DNA of 64,000 nucleotides, from IMG/VR virus record IMGVR_UViG_3300035661_000010; one strand, written 5' to 3'. Positions 37,738-47,410 of this stretch are shown here, piece by piece (positions within the stretch are counted from its first letter, which is position 1; every line of letters starts with the position of its first letter). The stretch comes from a virus. Under the pieces are notes generated by a model. That model did not search any database and was not told where the DNA came from. It saw nothing but the letters and a program-made list of their open reading frames with translations. Both the position numbers and the translations under genes were made by a program.

Positions 37738-38298
37738 ATGAAGAACCTTTCGGCGCTCAAGAATCTGGTCGAACGAGGTGAAGCGGTCCCGACCGATGAG
37801 GACGAGGTGCCGAAGAAGCCATCGTCACGCTACATCGGCGACGTTCTCGACACGCTCATCGCAAGCCGTCATCTTGGCGTCGACGAGGTCGATGATGCTG
37901 CCTCCGCGATTGCAAGCAACGCGGAAGACGGATACGAAGCCGTCGTCGATGCGCTGATCAAGAAGGGCCATGTCCCCGGAAGCAAGCTGATCGACGGTGG
38001 TCATCGACGTCTTCGCGAGAAGGTCCGCGGCGCGATGCGTGAGATGGTCGAGCGCGGTGCCCGCTCGATGCTGGAAGAGGCTCGTGGTCGTCGCAACATG
38101 ACCGAGCGTCAGCGGACCATCGCCGAACGAATCGAGGAAGCGTTCCGAGAGAGCGTTCACGACGTTCTCAAGGCGGAGGGGTACGCTCCGCTGGATGTGG
38201 ATCAGATGACGGCCGAGGTTCGTTCGCGCATCCGCGGGATCGCCAACCGGATTGCGGTCGAGAGTGGCAAGCGCAGCATGCGTCCGTTGAGGGACTGA
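37738..38298 (+). CDS. hypothetical head-associated protein
   Basis: SD AGGAG; Glu-rich helices. Confidence 0.65.
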   Translation: MKNLSALKNLVERGEAVPTDEDEVPKKPSSRYIGDVLDTLIASRHLGVDEVDDAASAIASNAEDGYEAVVDALIKKGHVPGSKLIDGGHRRLREKVRGAMREMVERGARSMLEEARGRRNMTERQRTIAERIEEAFRESVHDVLKAEGYAPLDVDQMTAEVRSRIRGIANRIAVESGKRSMRPLRD

Positions 38299-38301
38299 TC
38301 C

Positions 38302-38802
38302 ATGAAGAGTTTGTTCGAGAGCGCGATGGGCCTCGTCGAAGAGATCGTCGGCGCCAAGTCGATGGACGAGAAGACGCAGCTCGCTGTGCTTCGTGTCGTC
38401 GTGTCTCTCCGTGTCGCGTACATGATCCACCAGAACAACCACTGGGTCTCGATGGGTCCGAACTCCTATGGTGACCACCGGCTCTTCGAGCGCCTGTACA
38501 AGATGTCTCAGGAGGACGCCGACTCCATGGCAGAGCGACTCGTTGGTCTTGCAGGGACGGAAGCGATTTCGTTCTCGAAGCAGATCAAGATGATCGACAA
38601 GGCACTCGAAGGCGCATCGAACGTCGACCCGGCCTCATCGTCGCTGCAAATCGAGAAGCAATGCGTCGATGTCATCGACGATGCGCTCAAGGTCGCAGCG
38701 GAGGCGAAGGGCCTGACGACCGGGCTCGACGACCTCTTGCGTGGACTGAGCAGCAACCGAGAGCAGGCGCTCTATCTGCTCAAGCAAAGGAGTCCCGGGT
38801 GA
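38302..38802 (+). CDS. Dps/ferritin-like protein
   Basis: HWVSMGPNSYGDHRLFERLY...DSMAERL matches the Dps ferroxidase signature. Confidence 0.85.
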   Translation: MKSLFESAMGLVEEIVGAKSMDEKTQLAVLRVVVSLRVAYMIHQNNHWVSMGPNSYGDHRLFERLYKMSQEDADSMAERLVGLAGTEAISFSKQIKMIDKALEGASNVDPASSSLQIEKQCVDVIDDALKVAAEAKGLTTGLDDLLRGLSSNREQALYLLKQRSPG

Positions 38803-39140
38803 GCGCACTCGATGATCTCGCAGAGCTGGAGAAGCTGACGAAGTCGCCGAAGACCTCGCGTCGTCCATGCTCTGCTCGAACGATCGAATCTCGGAGAGCG
38901 GCCCGTGCCAAGACGTCGGTGTCTCTGGAGTCGCTCATCGAAGACCTTGATGACAGGGCTGCGCCGATGACGGTCCTGCGCATGGTGGAGGCTGCTGGCG
39001 TAAAGTTGTCGAAGCCGCTTACGGAAGCGATTCGTCGAGGCGACACGGACATGGCCCGCGTGCTGAAGAGATTCACCGACAAGATTCGGGAGGCCGTGTC
39101 ATCGGCCGCCGAAGAGACGATAGACGAGCTGACGAAATGA
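38799..39140 (+). CDS. hypothetical protein
   Basis: SD AAGGAG; GTGA coupling. Confidence 0.65.
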   Translation: MSALDDLAELEKLTKSPKTSRRPCSARTIESRRAARAKTSVSLESLIEDLDDRAAPMTVLRMVEAAGVKLSKPLTEAIRRGDTDMARVLKRFTDKIREAVSSAAEETIDELTK

Positions 39141-39640
39141 GCGCGTTCGAGAATCTGCGCGCGAACGACAAGAGCGAGTTCCAGTTCGAAACACTGGCCC
39201 TTCGCTATCGACGTCTCGCTCGAGACTATGCGTCGGTGTGCAGGTCGGCCTTGTCCGATGGAGCTATCTGGGACGGGGTCGGCAAAGGTGCGTCGCAGGC
39301 GTTCTGGTTGAAGATGCTGGAGCTGGAGCACAAGCGCGAAGGTGTTCGTGTTGGCGTTCTTGGAGACATGCTCAACTCTATCGAGACAGCGAGCGAAGAC
39401 GACGACCTGGTGGAGCTCGTCATCCGGTTCGCCGAAGACCAGCACCTTGGACCAGAGAATGCGCAGATCGCACTTCAGGCGGAGATGCTTCGGCAGCTTG
39501 CTGTCACCGGGATTTCGCTCCTGAAGAAGGAGGCGTACGGGGACGTCATGGGTCCGTACTCGGACCGCGGCCCAAGCGAGAGCGCGCTTCTGAAGGCGAA
39601 AGAAGTCCTGCGGAAAGCCGTGGAGCTCGATCAGCGATGA
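39137..39640 (+). CDS. hypothetical helical protein
   Basis: ATGA coupling. Confidence 0.65.
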   Translation: MSAFENLRANDKSEFQFETLALRYRRLARDYASVCRSALSDGAIWDGVGKGASQAFWLKMLELEHKREGVRVGVLGDMLNSIETASEDDDLVELVIRFAEDQHLGPENAQIALQAEMLRQLAVTGISLLKKEAYGDVMGPYSDRGPSESALLKAKEVLRKAVELDQR

Positions 39641-39984
39641 GAATGCCGAAGGGTTTCCATCCGCTTGATGAGTCGACAGCCGGAGCTGTCGATGATCTGT
39701 GGGCGCATCCGTACCCGTCCTATACGCCTGATCCACGCAAGAAGCTGGGGCTCGGGAGCGTCGACTGGTTTCAGAATGTCGTCGGATTACCGGGTGGTGT
39801 GGGCTTCGCCGCCGAAGACGATGATCCGGTCGAGCGCTTACGAGCCGAGGCCGATGCATGGGGACTTGCGTACGGTCAAGAACCGGAGGACCAAGTTTCT
39901 GTTCAGAAACGAGAACGCGAAAACTCGAAGGTTGAGTTACTCCGAAGTAAGGTGAAGAACATCAAGTACAACCAACCGTACTGA
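39637..39984 (+). CDS. hypothetical protein
   Basis: ATGA coupling. Confidence 0.6.
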   Translation: MRMPKGFHPLDESTAGAVDDLWAHPYPSYTPDPRKKLGLGSVDWFQNVVGLPGGVGFAAEDDDPVERLRAEADAWGLAYGQEPEDQVSVQKRERENSKVELLRSKVKNIKYNQPY

Positions 39985-40006
39985 TCAACCAGGAGAGAGA
40001 GCGATC

Positions 40007-40948
40007 ATGAGCACGACAGTCAATTGGATTTCCGGTGACGACATCAAGATGTTTGGATCGACGCTCGGCCTGAGCAACCAGTCCGTCTCGGTGAGCACGG
40101 CACGCCTTCAGGCAGCCATCCTCGGTACGTCGAAGAAGGACGCAGAAGACCTCCAGAACCTGAAGGTTCACCTCAACAGGTCTCTGTTGACGGTGACCGT
40201 CAACGGTGTGTCGTGCGCCACGAAGGGTGCGTTCCTCGCCGCCATCGCGAATCTCGACCAGGCGGAGGCGACTGACCTCGCGTCCCAGGTCGCAGGCGAG
40301 GGCGCGAACAAGGTCGGCGTCGCGAACGTCGACAAGCTGTACGTGTCGATGGAGGTCGAGGATGCGATTGCCGAGGTCGCTCGTCAGAATCGCCTTCGCA
40401 ACGTGCGCGCCGTGGTCCAGTCGAACGTGGCTTCCCTCGCCGCGTGCTCGACGACCCAGGACGGCATCACCCTCGTCGCGGGCGACACCGTTCTCCTCGT
40501 CGGGCAGACCACGGCCGCGGAGAACGGCCCTTACTTGGTCGGTACGCCGACCGCCGGCAACGCTGCGCTGACACGTCCGGGTTGGTGGAAGGCCGGGTAC
40601 TCGGTTCCGGATGGCTTTGAGTTCATCGTGGCAACGGACGCGACCAGCGCCACCGCGATGGCGAAGTGGAAGGCCACCGGGCACGGCAAGGTCGTTGGCA
40701 CCAACGATCCGCTGATCTATCCGGTCCAGATCAAGGGCTCGGTTGCGCTGACCTCGGCGACACCGTCGACCGCGTCTGTCGCTTCGCTGTTCATCGCCGC
40801 TGGTGCGAAGGCGTACCTCACGGAGACCACGAACCAGGCAAACAGCACCCTCAAGGCGGTTCTCTCGGTTGGTCAGGGCAACGGCTCCCTCGCCATCACC
40901 GGCGCCGCGACGAACACGGACACGATCGGCTACCTCATCGTCAACTGA
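40007..40948 (+). CDS. virion fibre/decoration-type protein
   Basis: VRA...N......TQDGITLVAGDTVLLVGQTTAAENGPY motif common in phage fibre proteins. Confidence 0.7.
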   Translation: MSTTVNWISGDDIKMFGSTLGLSNQSVSVSTARLQAAILGTSKKDAEDLQNLKVHLNRSLLTVTVNGVSCATKGAFLAAIANLDQAEATDLASQVAGEGANKVGVANVDKLYVSMEVEDAIAEVARQNRLRNVRAVVQSNVASLAACSTTQDGITLVAGDTVLLVGQTTAAENGPYLVGTPTAGNAALTRPGWWKAGYSVPDGFEFIVATDATSATAMAKWKATGHGKVVGTNDPLIYPVQIKGSVALTSATPSTASVASLFIAAGAKAYLTETTNQANSTLKAVLSVGQGNGSLAITGAATNTDTIGYLIVN

Positions 40949-41911
40949 ATGCAACTGGCCTCTCTCCTCGTTCTCGAAGCCATGGTGCTTCCGAATCCAC
41001 CTCCGGACTCGGAAGTGGTCAAGAAGCGCCGTGGCTTCATGGTTGCGCTCGTGGTGCCACCGGAGATGGAGGAGGAGGTTGCTCGTGCAGGCGGATGGGC
41101 GGGTGGAGAGCGTACTTGGTCGGATCCTCTCCACTGCACGGTCGCGTACGTCATGGATCCGGATCGAAATCTCGCCGCGACCACGGAGATCGTCCGTCGC
41201 GTTGCGAAGCAGATCCCGAGCTTCAGTCTGGTGACGACTCGAGCGGGGTTTTTCCGGAACGAGGAGAAGGATGGCGCCCTCGTTCACTACTGCGGGTGTG
41301 CGGCCCCCGAGCTCGATGCGTTCGTCGGGCTTCTCAGGCGAGAGCTTGATGCTGCGCACATCGAGCACGACACGAACCACCCGCTCTACGTTCCACACAT
41401 CACGCTGGAGTACGTCGAGAGTCCTGATGAGATGGAACTGAGAGAGCGACTCCTTCGCTCTACGCAATCGCTAGCGACTCGGTTCGTCCCGACACTGGCC
41501 GTCGTGAACGACGATCAGCGGGACGACATTTCATTCTCGTCTGAAAGTTCGACGCCGAACTGGCAGGGGTCTCCGGATATGGGGTCGTTGGTCACTGGGC
41601 TCGGCGAGGCGCTCGATGCTGTTCTGGAGGCGGACCCGGTGACCGGGAGAAGCTCGCTCCACAAGCACATGGTCGCCGCTGTCTACAAGTCGCTGAGGAA
41701 GCGCGGATCGGCCACGAAGGATGCCGCCACCGGAGCCTTCAAGATCACGAACTCGAACCTGAAGAAGAACGGCTATCAGGGCAAGGGTGATTCGGGTCGT
41801 CTCACCGGAAGTGGTGCGAACCGATCGAAGAATCACGCCGCCGAACCTGCTGGCGAACGCGCGAAGAAGGACAAGGACTACGCAGCGGTCAAGAAGCTCG
41901 CGACCGCGTGA
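40949..41911 (+). CDS. 2H phosphoesterase (Acb1/T4 gp57B-like) with basic C-terminal domain
   Basis: two HxT motifs: LHCTVAY and YVPHITLEY. Confidence 0.8.
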   Translation: MQLASLLVLEAMVLPNPPPDSEVVKKRRGFMVALVVPPEMEEEVARAGGWAGGERTWSDPLHCTVAYVMDPDRNLAATTEIVRRVAKQIPSFSLVTTRAGFFRNEEKDGALVHYCGCAAPELDAFVGLLRRELDAAHIEHDTNHPLYVPHITLEYVESPDEMELRERLLRSTQSLATRFVPTLAVVNDDQRDDISFSSESSTPNWQGSPDMGSLVTGLGEALDAVLEADPVTGRSSLHKHMVAAVYKSLRKRGSATKDAATGAFKITNSNLKKNGYQGKGDSGRLTGSGANRSKNHAAEPAGERAKKDKDYAAVKKLATA

Positions 41912-42027
41912 CGTAGCTACCAGGTAGTGATACTCGTAGATGAGCGGTGGTTCGGTTGCTGGCGTGTACCGAGACTACGGTGGTAGGTTTAGAAAACGCG
42001 TTGGCAGTCGCATCAGGAGAGAAAAAA

Positions 42028-42387
42028 ATGAACCTTCGTATCGGTGGAACCCTCTCAAGTCGTTCGAGTCAGGCTCGTGGTCGTCAGATGGTCGCGAAGC
42101 GCCGTACGGCACAGGTCGAGAACAGCAGGGTGCCCCACGGCTTCCCGGGCAATGAGGAGCTGTACAACCAGTTCTGTGCGCGCTCCGGGATCTCCGATCA
42201 GCGCGTCGAGCAGGCGGAGACAGCTGCGGCCATAAAGCGGCTCACGGCACGAATGGAGCGCCTACACGAGGGCATGGAGGCTGCTCGTAAGTCGGGCAAC
42301 GTCAAGAAGGCCCAGCACCTCTTCGTCAAGCTCAGCGAGTGCATGGTCGCGTACGGCGCATCTCTGGAGACGATGCTCATAGGTTGA
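42028..42387 (+). CDS. hypothetical protein
   Basis: SD AGGAG + ATG 42028. Confidence 0.55.
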   Translation: MNLRIGGTLSSRSSQARGRQMVAKRRTAQVENSRVPHGFPGNEELYNQFCARSGISDQRVEQAETAAAIKRLTARMERLHEGMEAARKSGNVKKAQHLFVKLSECMVAYGASLETMLIG

Positions 42388-42391
42388 GCCG

Positions 42392-42907
42392 ATGGGTACG
42401 CTCATCGGCGACAAGGATGCGGACTTCTTCGACGCGCGAGTCCGAGAGATCAACCGGCTCGCGGGAACGTGTGCGATCACGTACTACGCGCTCAACTTCG
42501 AAGCGACCCCGAAGGATCCGCTCTACGGTGAGCCGATTGAAGAGATTCATGTCAGAGACCCGCTGAGAGACACGCTCGGGATCGCCTTCAGTGGGCTCCT
42601 GGAGTATCCGGAGCAAAGCGTTCGGACTGGCGAAGAAGGACAGCACGCGGACTACGACGCGTCCCTCTGGCTTGCGCGCAAGGACTTCGAGGAAAAGTTC
42701 CCGATCCCCAACGCACCAAAGGGCACGCCCTGCGCACGACAGCCAAAGGTCGGAGACGTCATCCAGGTCCAGGATCGCTACTACGACGTCATGGCGATTG
42801 ACGCGCAGGGCCAGTTCAACGACACCATCGCGCGACACGCCAACTGGCTATTGAAGTTGAAGCATCGCACGGAGTTTGATGCCCGCCGCCGGCTGGAAGG
42901 AAAGTAG
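42392..42907 (+). CDS. neck / head-closure protein (T4 gp14-like)
   Basis: DPLYGE; PKVGDVI...YYDV. Confidence 0.7.
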   Translation: MGTLIGDKDADFFDARVREINRLAGTCAITYYALNFEATPKDPLYGEPIEEIHVRDPLRDTLGIAFSGLLEYPEQSVRTGEEGQHADYDASLWLARKDFEEKFPIPNAPKGTPCARQPKVGDVIQVQDRYYDVMAIDAQGQFNDTIARHANWLLKLKHRTEFDARRRLEGK

Positions 42908-42909
42908 TC

Positions 42910-44355
42910 GTGCCGTCAGATGCCTTCGTCAATATCGTGCCTCGCAAGGCCGATGATCGATCGTCGCAGTCGTTCCAGACTCGCGCGAAGGTGATCTTGT
43001 CGCACGTCTCTTGGCTCCTTCAGCAGAAGGGGATCCGCGAAGTCGGAGACGTCGAGTACGGAGAAGACGGGTTTGTTCAGAGGTTCGGAAGCCCTTCAGG
43101 CATCGGCATCGAGATTGTATCGACCCCGAAGGAGCCGGCAGAGATTCGCGTAGCGATCAGGACCTCGCCTCCGTCGCGATTTCGTGTCGATACATCTGGC
43201 GAAGATGGCAAGACGATGGACGTGTCGCTGCTGTCACAACGCATCGCCGATGGCGTGTTCCACTTGGCTCACGCCATCAAGGCAGACAAGCCGAAGCCGA
43301 CCTCCCCTGTCGAAGGCGATGGAGACTTTGGATCGACACCCAGGACAGACCTGAATCCTAAGGCGCATCACGGTGGCGCACCGTCGAAGGTGACGCCCAC
43401 CAAGACCGCTCACGGCAACGTGACCCATCAGGTGAAGGAGCGTTCGCAGGAAACGCAGGTTGGTCACAAGGAACCGAAGGCAAAGGATGAGGACGAGTTC
43501 GAACACGCTCTCGTTCCGACTCAGATCATCGCTCAGCTTACTGCGCTTTGGACACGGGTCCGTAATCTGCCTCTGACCACCAAGATTGCTCCGCGGGTCC
43601 TGGAAACGATCTACTTCGCGAAGCGCAGCGACTGGAAGAAGCTGAAGTCGTCGCTGAACCAGGTCCAGGACGCCATCGAGCGTCACATGGTCAAGCCGGA
43701 CGATAAGGTTCTCGTCAATGGGCTGTGGCGCGAGTGCAACTCAATCGAACAGCAGCTACGAGCCGTTCACGACACGCGTGACAAGAGCGCGAAGGGTGGC
43801 GAGCTCAACACGGCGATGGATCGTCTTCGTGCTGTATCGAAGCCGGAGTCAGCCAAGGCACCGTTCATGGCCGGCGGGTCCGGACAGAAGTTCATCGGCT
43901 CGCGTTCGCGTGGTGCCGTCGATGAGTCCTTGTTGGAGGCGCTTCGTACTACGCTCCCGGATAACGATGGGTTCGTGAACCACTTGTCCGATCGCGAGAT
44001 GCGTGATTTTCAGGATGTGTTCAAGAAGGCCCTGTCCTTCTATGTGCCGAACCAGCGTTTTGCATTTCGATACGCGCCGCATCTCAAGGCATGGTCGGTA
44101 AAGGGTGAGGATTGGGCAGCATCGCTTCGATGCGAGTTCAGGTCCGACGATTCGGTTGTGGGGTACATGGACATGGCCAGGGCTACTCCGCCCACGTTCC
44201 TGCGATCTGGAAAGATCGAATACGTCGATCGGTTCGATCTGGTGACGAGTCGGTACGACGACCTCGCAATCAAGGTCGCGCAGAGAATCGCCTCGGTGAT
44301 CAAAAAGTATAAGCTCGGTCGAGACGACAGGCAGGTTCCGCGTGACCAGCGGTAA
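42910..44355 (+). CDS. multi-domain hypothetical protein
   Basis: 481-aa ORF in the structural operon. Confidence 0.7.
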   Translation: MPSDAFVNIVPRKADDRSSQSFQTRAKVILSHVSWLLQQKGIREVGDVEYGEDGFVQRFGSPSGIGIEIVSTPKEPAEIRVAIRTSPPSRFRVDTSGEDGKTMDVSLLSQRIADGVFHLAHAIKADKPKPTSPVEGDGDFGSTPRTDLNPKAHHGGAPSKVTPTKTAHGNVTHQVKERSQETQVGHKEPKAKDEDEFEHALVPTQIIAQLTALWTRVRNLPLTTKIAPRVLETIYFAKRSDWKKLKSSLNQVQDAIERHMVKPDDKVLVNGLWRECNSIEQQLRAVHDTRDKSAKGGELNTAMDRLRAVSKPESAKAPFMAGGSGQKFIGSRSRGAVDESLLEALRTTLPDNDGFVNHLSDREMRDFQDVFKKALSFYVPNQRFAFRYAPHLKAWSVKGEDWAASLRCEFRSDDSVVGYMDMARATPPTFLRSGKIEYVDRFDLVTSRYDDLAIKVAQRIASVIKKYKLGRDDRQVPRDQR

Positions 44356-44794
44356 GGGCCTACAGATCATCATCCCGAAGAAGAAGCCGCTCTTCAGGGT
44401 CATGACGTCGATCGATCCGTCGAAACTGGAGGCGGTGGCTCTCGAGCCTGTGGGCATTGGTCCCATGGATCCGCTGACCGTCGAAGCACACAAGGCGAAG
44501 TACAAGCTGTCGATGGTGTGTGCGAACTGCACCCATTGGTACGAGGGCGCGGAACGTCAGTCCAAGGTGTCCAACGGAGATCCAAGATGCTCGGCCACGA
44601 GCCCGTGTGGCGGCCTTGCTGTTCGACGCGGCTACCCTGAGTACAAGGGGCCGATGACGGACGAGTATCTGGAGCGTCATTGTGTTGTGTGTGAAGAAGA
44701 GGCTCCGAGGTCGGTCTCAACGCCTGATGGAAAGCGTCGCGGCTACTGCACAAGGCACCTCGAATCGGCGATGAAGCTTCTTGGAGGCATGTGA
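44342..44794 (+). CDS. Zn-finger protein
   Basis: CANC, CVVC, CTRH. Confidence 0.65.
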   Translation: MTSGKGLQIIIPKKKPLFRVMTSIDPSKLEAVALEPVGIGPMDPLTVEAHKAKYKLSMVCANCTHWYEGAERQSKVSNGDPRCSATSPCGGLAVRRGYPEYKGPMTDEYLERHCVVCEEEAPRSVSTPDGKRRGYCTRHLESAMKLLGGM

Positions 44795-45195
44795 TGTCGA
44801 ACGCGCGCTTTGGACGAATCACCCTTGGTCTCGACTTCGGTACGACGCTCGCGCGATCGCAGAAGCAGTTCTATCGAGACAAGTTTCTGGACGCGCAAAT
44901 GGTCAACGACTCGCTGGAGTCCGGTGACGTAGCACCGTCGTCGTCGGTTTCGGTCAGTCTTGGCAAGCTCACCACTGTGAACGCGCTGTTCATCGAGGTC
45001 TCTGGGCCGCTCGAGGTTCGTCTCAATGGCGCAGGAGCAGGCCCTGTTCTTCAGGCGCTTCCTGGGGCAACGATAGATGGTGCGGTGTCCACCATGGCAC
45101 GCCTGTACCTGGAGGGAGCGATCACTGGAATCACGTTGGTGAATGCGTCATCGACCGAGCCCGTGGACTTCACCGTCTATATGGCAGGAGGCTGA
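44794..45195 (+). CDS. putative beta-rich virion protein
   Basis: composition and context. Confidence 0.6.
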   Translation: MSNARFGRITLGLDFGTTLARSQKQFYRDKFLDAQMVNDSLESGDVAPSSSVSVSLGKLTTVNALFIEVSGPLEVRLNGAGAGPVLQALPGATIDGAVSTMARLYLEGAITGITLVNASSTEPVDFTVYMAGG

Positions 45196-45197
45196 TC

Positions 45198-45560
45198 ATG
45201 AACAATCTTCGAGAGACGGCGTTTGCGTTACTGGACGAAGAGATTCGCACGATCTCTCCAGTGCCAAAGAAGCGTGAAGCGGACATGGGCGGGTCTGGCG
45301 ATGCGCACGAGGTCGACTGGGCCGACGTAAGCGACGTCGTCAAAGAGTCGACCAAGCAGGCATTCGAGAACACCGTACAGGAGTCGCTTTCGAAGCTGGA
45401 GATGGATCAAGTCGACGAGGCTCACATGCCGATCAAGGACCTGCCCGAGTACCGATTGGCCCAGGAGGCGTCCGAGGAGCTTGGTAAGGCGGTCACCGCT
45501 CTGATCAAGAAGGCGCACGACGAAGGCATGATCACGAAGATGGGACAGACGGAGATCTGA
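45198..45560 (+). CDS. leader-bearing hypothetical protein
   Basis: SD AGGAGG; MNNLRETAFALLDEE. Confidence 0.7.
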   Translation: MNNLRETAFALLDEEIRTISPVPKKREADMGGSGDAHEVDWADVSDVVKESTKQAFENTVQESLSKLEMDQVDEAHMPIKDLPEYRLAQEASEELGKAVTALIKKAHDEGMITKMGQTEI

Positions 45561-45562
45561 AC

Positions 45563-46123
45563 ATGTCCTCGATGGAAGAGTTGAGGCGTCTCAGCGTGTA
45601 CGAGGGTCCGCTCGACCAGTCGATGACGGCCAAGACCCTGTACCAACAGCTCTCGACCTTTGGTCCGTTCAAGGGCTGGAAGGAGAAGAAGTGGTTCGAG
45701 TTCGCTCAGGACGTGAAGTCGAACGACCTCTTGCCCCAGGTCTTCTCGGGGGCGTTTGCTGCATTTGTGAGGTGGATGGGGCCGAACGCAGGGAAGCTGC
45801 CGGCTACCACCGCGGTGCTCGCGCAGACGGGTCTTCGCAGCGACAGGTACGATGCCGAGAAGCTGGCGGGAATCATGTCGAGCTCAGAGGTTCTGGAGCC
45901 GATGGAGGTCATCGGATCCAAGGTTCTGAAGTACGGCTACTCGACGACGCCCGCAGAGGCGAAGCGAATCGCTGCGGATCCGAAGTTGAAGGTCGTGATC
46001 TGGATGCCAGGTGAAGGCGCACGACAGTTCATCGCTCTTCTCAGCAAGTATGGGATCAGCGCTCACCTGAAAGAGGGATCGACTGCGCTCCCGCCGTTCC
46101 TGTCGCGATGGGACGAGAGATGA
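45563..46123 (+). CDS. leader-bearing hypothetical protein
   Basis: MSSMEELRRLSVYEG. Confidence 0.7.
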   Translation: MSSMEELRRLSVYEGPLDQSMTAKTLYQQLSTFGPFKGWKEKKWFEFAQDVKSNDLLPQVFSGAFAAFVRWMGPNAGKLPATTAVLAQTGLRSDRYDAEKLAGIMSSSEVLEPMEVIGSKVLKYGYSTTPAEAKRIAADPKLKVVIWMPGEGARQFIALLSKYGISAHLKEGSTALPPFLSRWDER

Positions 46124-46124
46124 G

Positions 46125-46937
46125 ATGTTCGACGTCAAGGCCACCGGAACTGCGGAGCTGAAGAAGCTGATCAAGGAGTACGAGAAGCGCTCCGAATTCG
46201 TGCGTGAGTCGATCGTTCGAGCAATGGCAGAGGACATGCTCGAAAACATCAAGAGAAGTCTTCCGTCGAGCTTGGGTTCAGAGGTGAAGGAGTACGTCAG
46301 CTCGCTCGAGATCTGCGAGTACAGAACGAACCCGAATCAGCGAAAGTCGATTGTCTCGATCAGGTCGAATCCAAAGAAGGTGAAGCTGAGCGAGAAGCCG
46401 GAAGACAAGACGGCGGTCTATGTGGCTCCGAAGGCAGAAAGCAATGGGCGCGTGTCCGCGGTGACGATGTTCTTGTTCAAGAACGGTCCGTGGACCAAGG
46501 ACACTCTCCCTATGAAGCCGCCAGCGGATGCCCGTGTCTTCTACATGGTCGCCTCGAAGGAGGAGATCGGACACCTGAGGGAGAGGATCAGGGTCAACGA
46601 ACCGAGCTGGAGGCCACTGCTGTCCAGAATGGGCGTGAAGATGTCGAAGCCGTCCGACGTCGACAATATCGAAGCGCTTCCGAGCGTCGCGATGGTTGGT
46701 CTGCGACTGGAGTTCGGGTTGGCCGGGTATCCGTTCAAGCCCCACTGGCGTCCTGCGATCCGCAAGCTTCAGCAAAACCTGAAGAAACTCTTCGACAAGA
46801 ACAAGGATCGCAGGAGGTCTTTGACGGATTCGAAGTTCAAGGGATGGAACAAGACCTTCACGAAACTGCCGGTGATAGACCTTAGCGACCGGGCGATGTA
46901 TTCTGACTTTGCAAAGAAAGTGGTGTCCCAGCAATGA
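46125..46937 (+). CDS. putative neck/tail-completion protein (HK97 gp10-like)
   Basis: C-terminal LEFG...KPHWRPA; context. Confidence 0.5.
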   Translation: MFDVKATGTAELKKLIKEYEKRSEFVRESIVRAMAEDMLENIKRSLPSSLGSEVKEYVSSLEICEYRTNPNQRKSIVSIRSNPKKVKLSEKPEDKTAVYVAPKAESNGRVSAVTMFLFKNGPWTKDTLPMKPPADARVFYMVASKEEIGHLRERIRVNEPSWRPLLSRMGVKMSKPSDVDNIEALPSVAMVGLRLEFGLAGYPFKPHWRPAIRKLQQNLKKLFDKNKDRRRSLTDSKFKGWNKTFTKLPVIDLSDRAMYSDFAKKVVSQQ

Positions 46938-47407
46938 ACGCGAACAAGCGAACCAGCGCTATGAACGTAGCTGCAAGCAGACTGCGACGCGGCCTCTTCG
47001 AGGACTCGCGCGACAGTGCGGAGCCGATGCCACGTGACATCGTTCAGCAAGTGCTTGCGGACATCGCTCGCGGTGCGACTGCTCCGATCATCGACCAGGA
47101 CATCAGGGTCGGCCTTGGCGGCGCAGCGTCGGGCACGATGGTGACAGGCGTACCGGGCGGCCTCGACGGTTCAGAAGCCTCGATCGAGGTGAGGGTCGAA
47201 GTTGGTGGCGGCAACATCGAGTTCATGATCAACGGAGCTGTCGTGGCCACGTGCCGCTCGAGCCTCCAGGGGTACAACCGCGCGCTCTCGGATGTGCAGA
47301 AGGCCATCGAACTCGCGCGCATCGACGCTACGGACCAGTCGAATCGACTCTCGGCCACCCCGAACTACGGGAACATGTTGCGGGGGCGGCTCGGCGGCTC
47401 GTACTGA
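46934..47407 (+). CDS. hypothetical protein
   Basis: ATGA coupling. Confidence 0.6.
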   Translation: MNANKRTSAMNVAASRLRRGLFEDSRDSAEPMPRDIVQQVLADIARGATAPIIDQDIRVGLGGAASGTMVTGVPGGLDGSEASIEVRVEVGGGNIEFMINGAVVATCRSSLQGYNRALSDVQKAIELARIDATDQSNRLSATPNYGNMLRGRLGGSY

Positions 47408-47410
47408 TCG

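Noticed and set aside
41940-42155. 71-aa ORF after a GATACT box
   Set aside because: Overlaps the better SD-supported gene at 42028; left uncalled.
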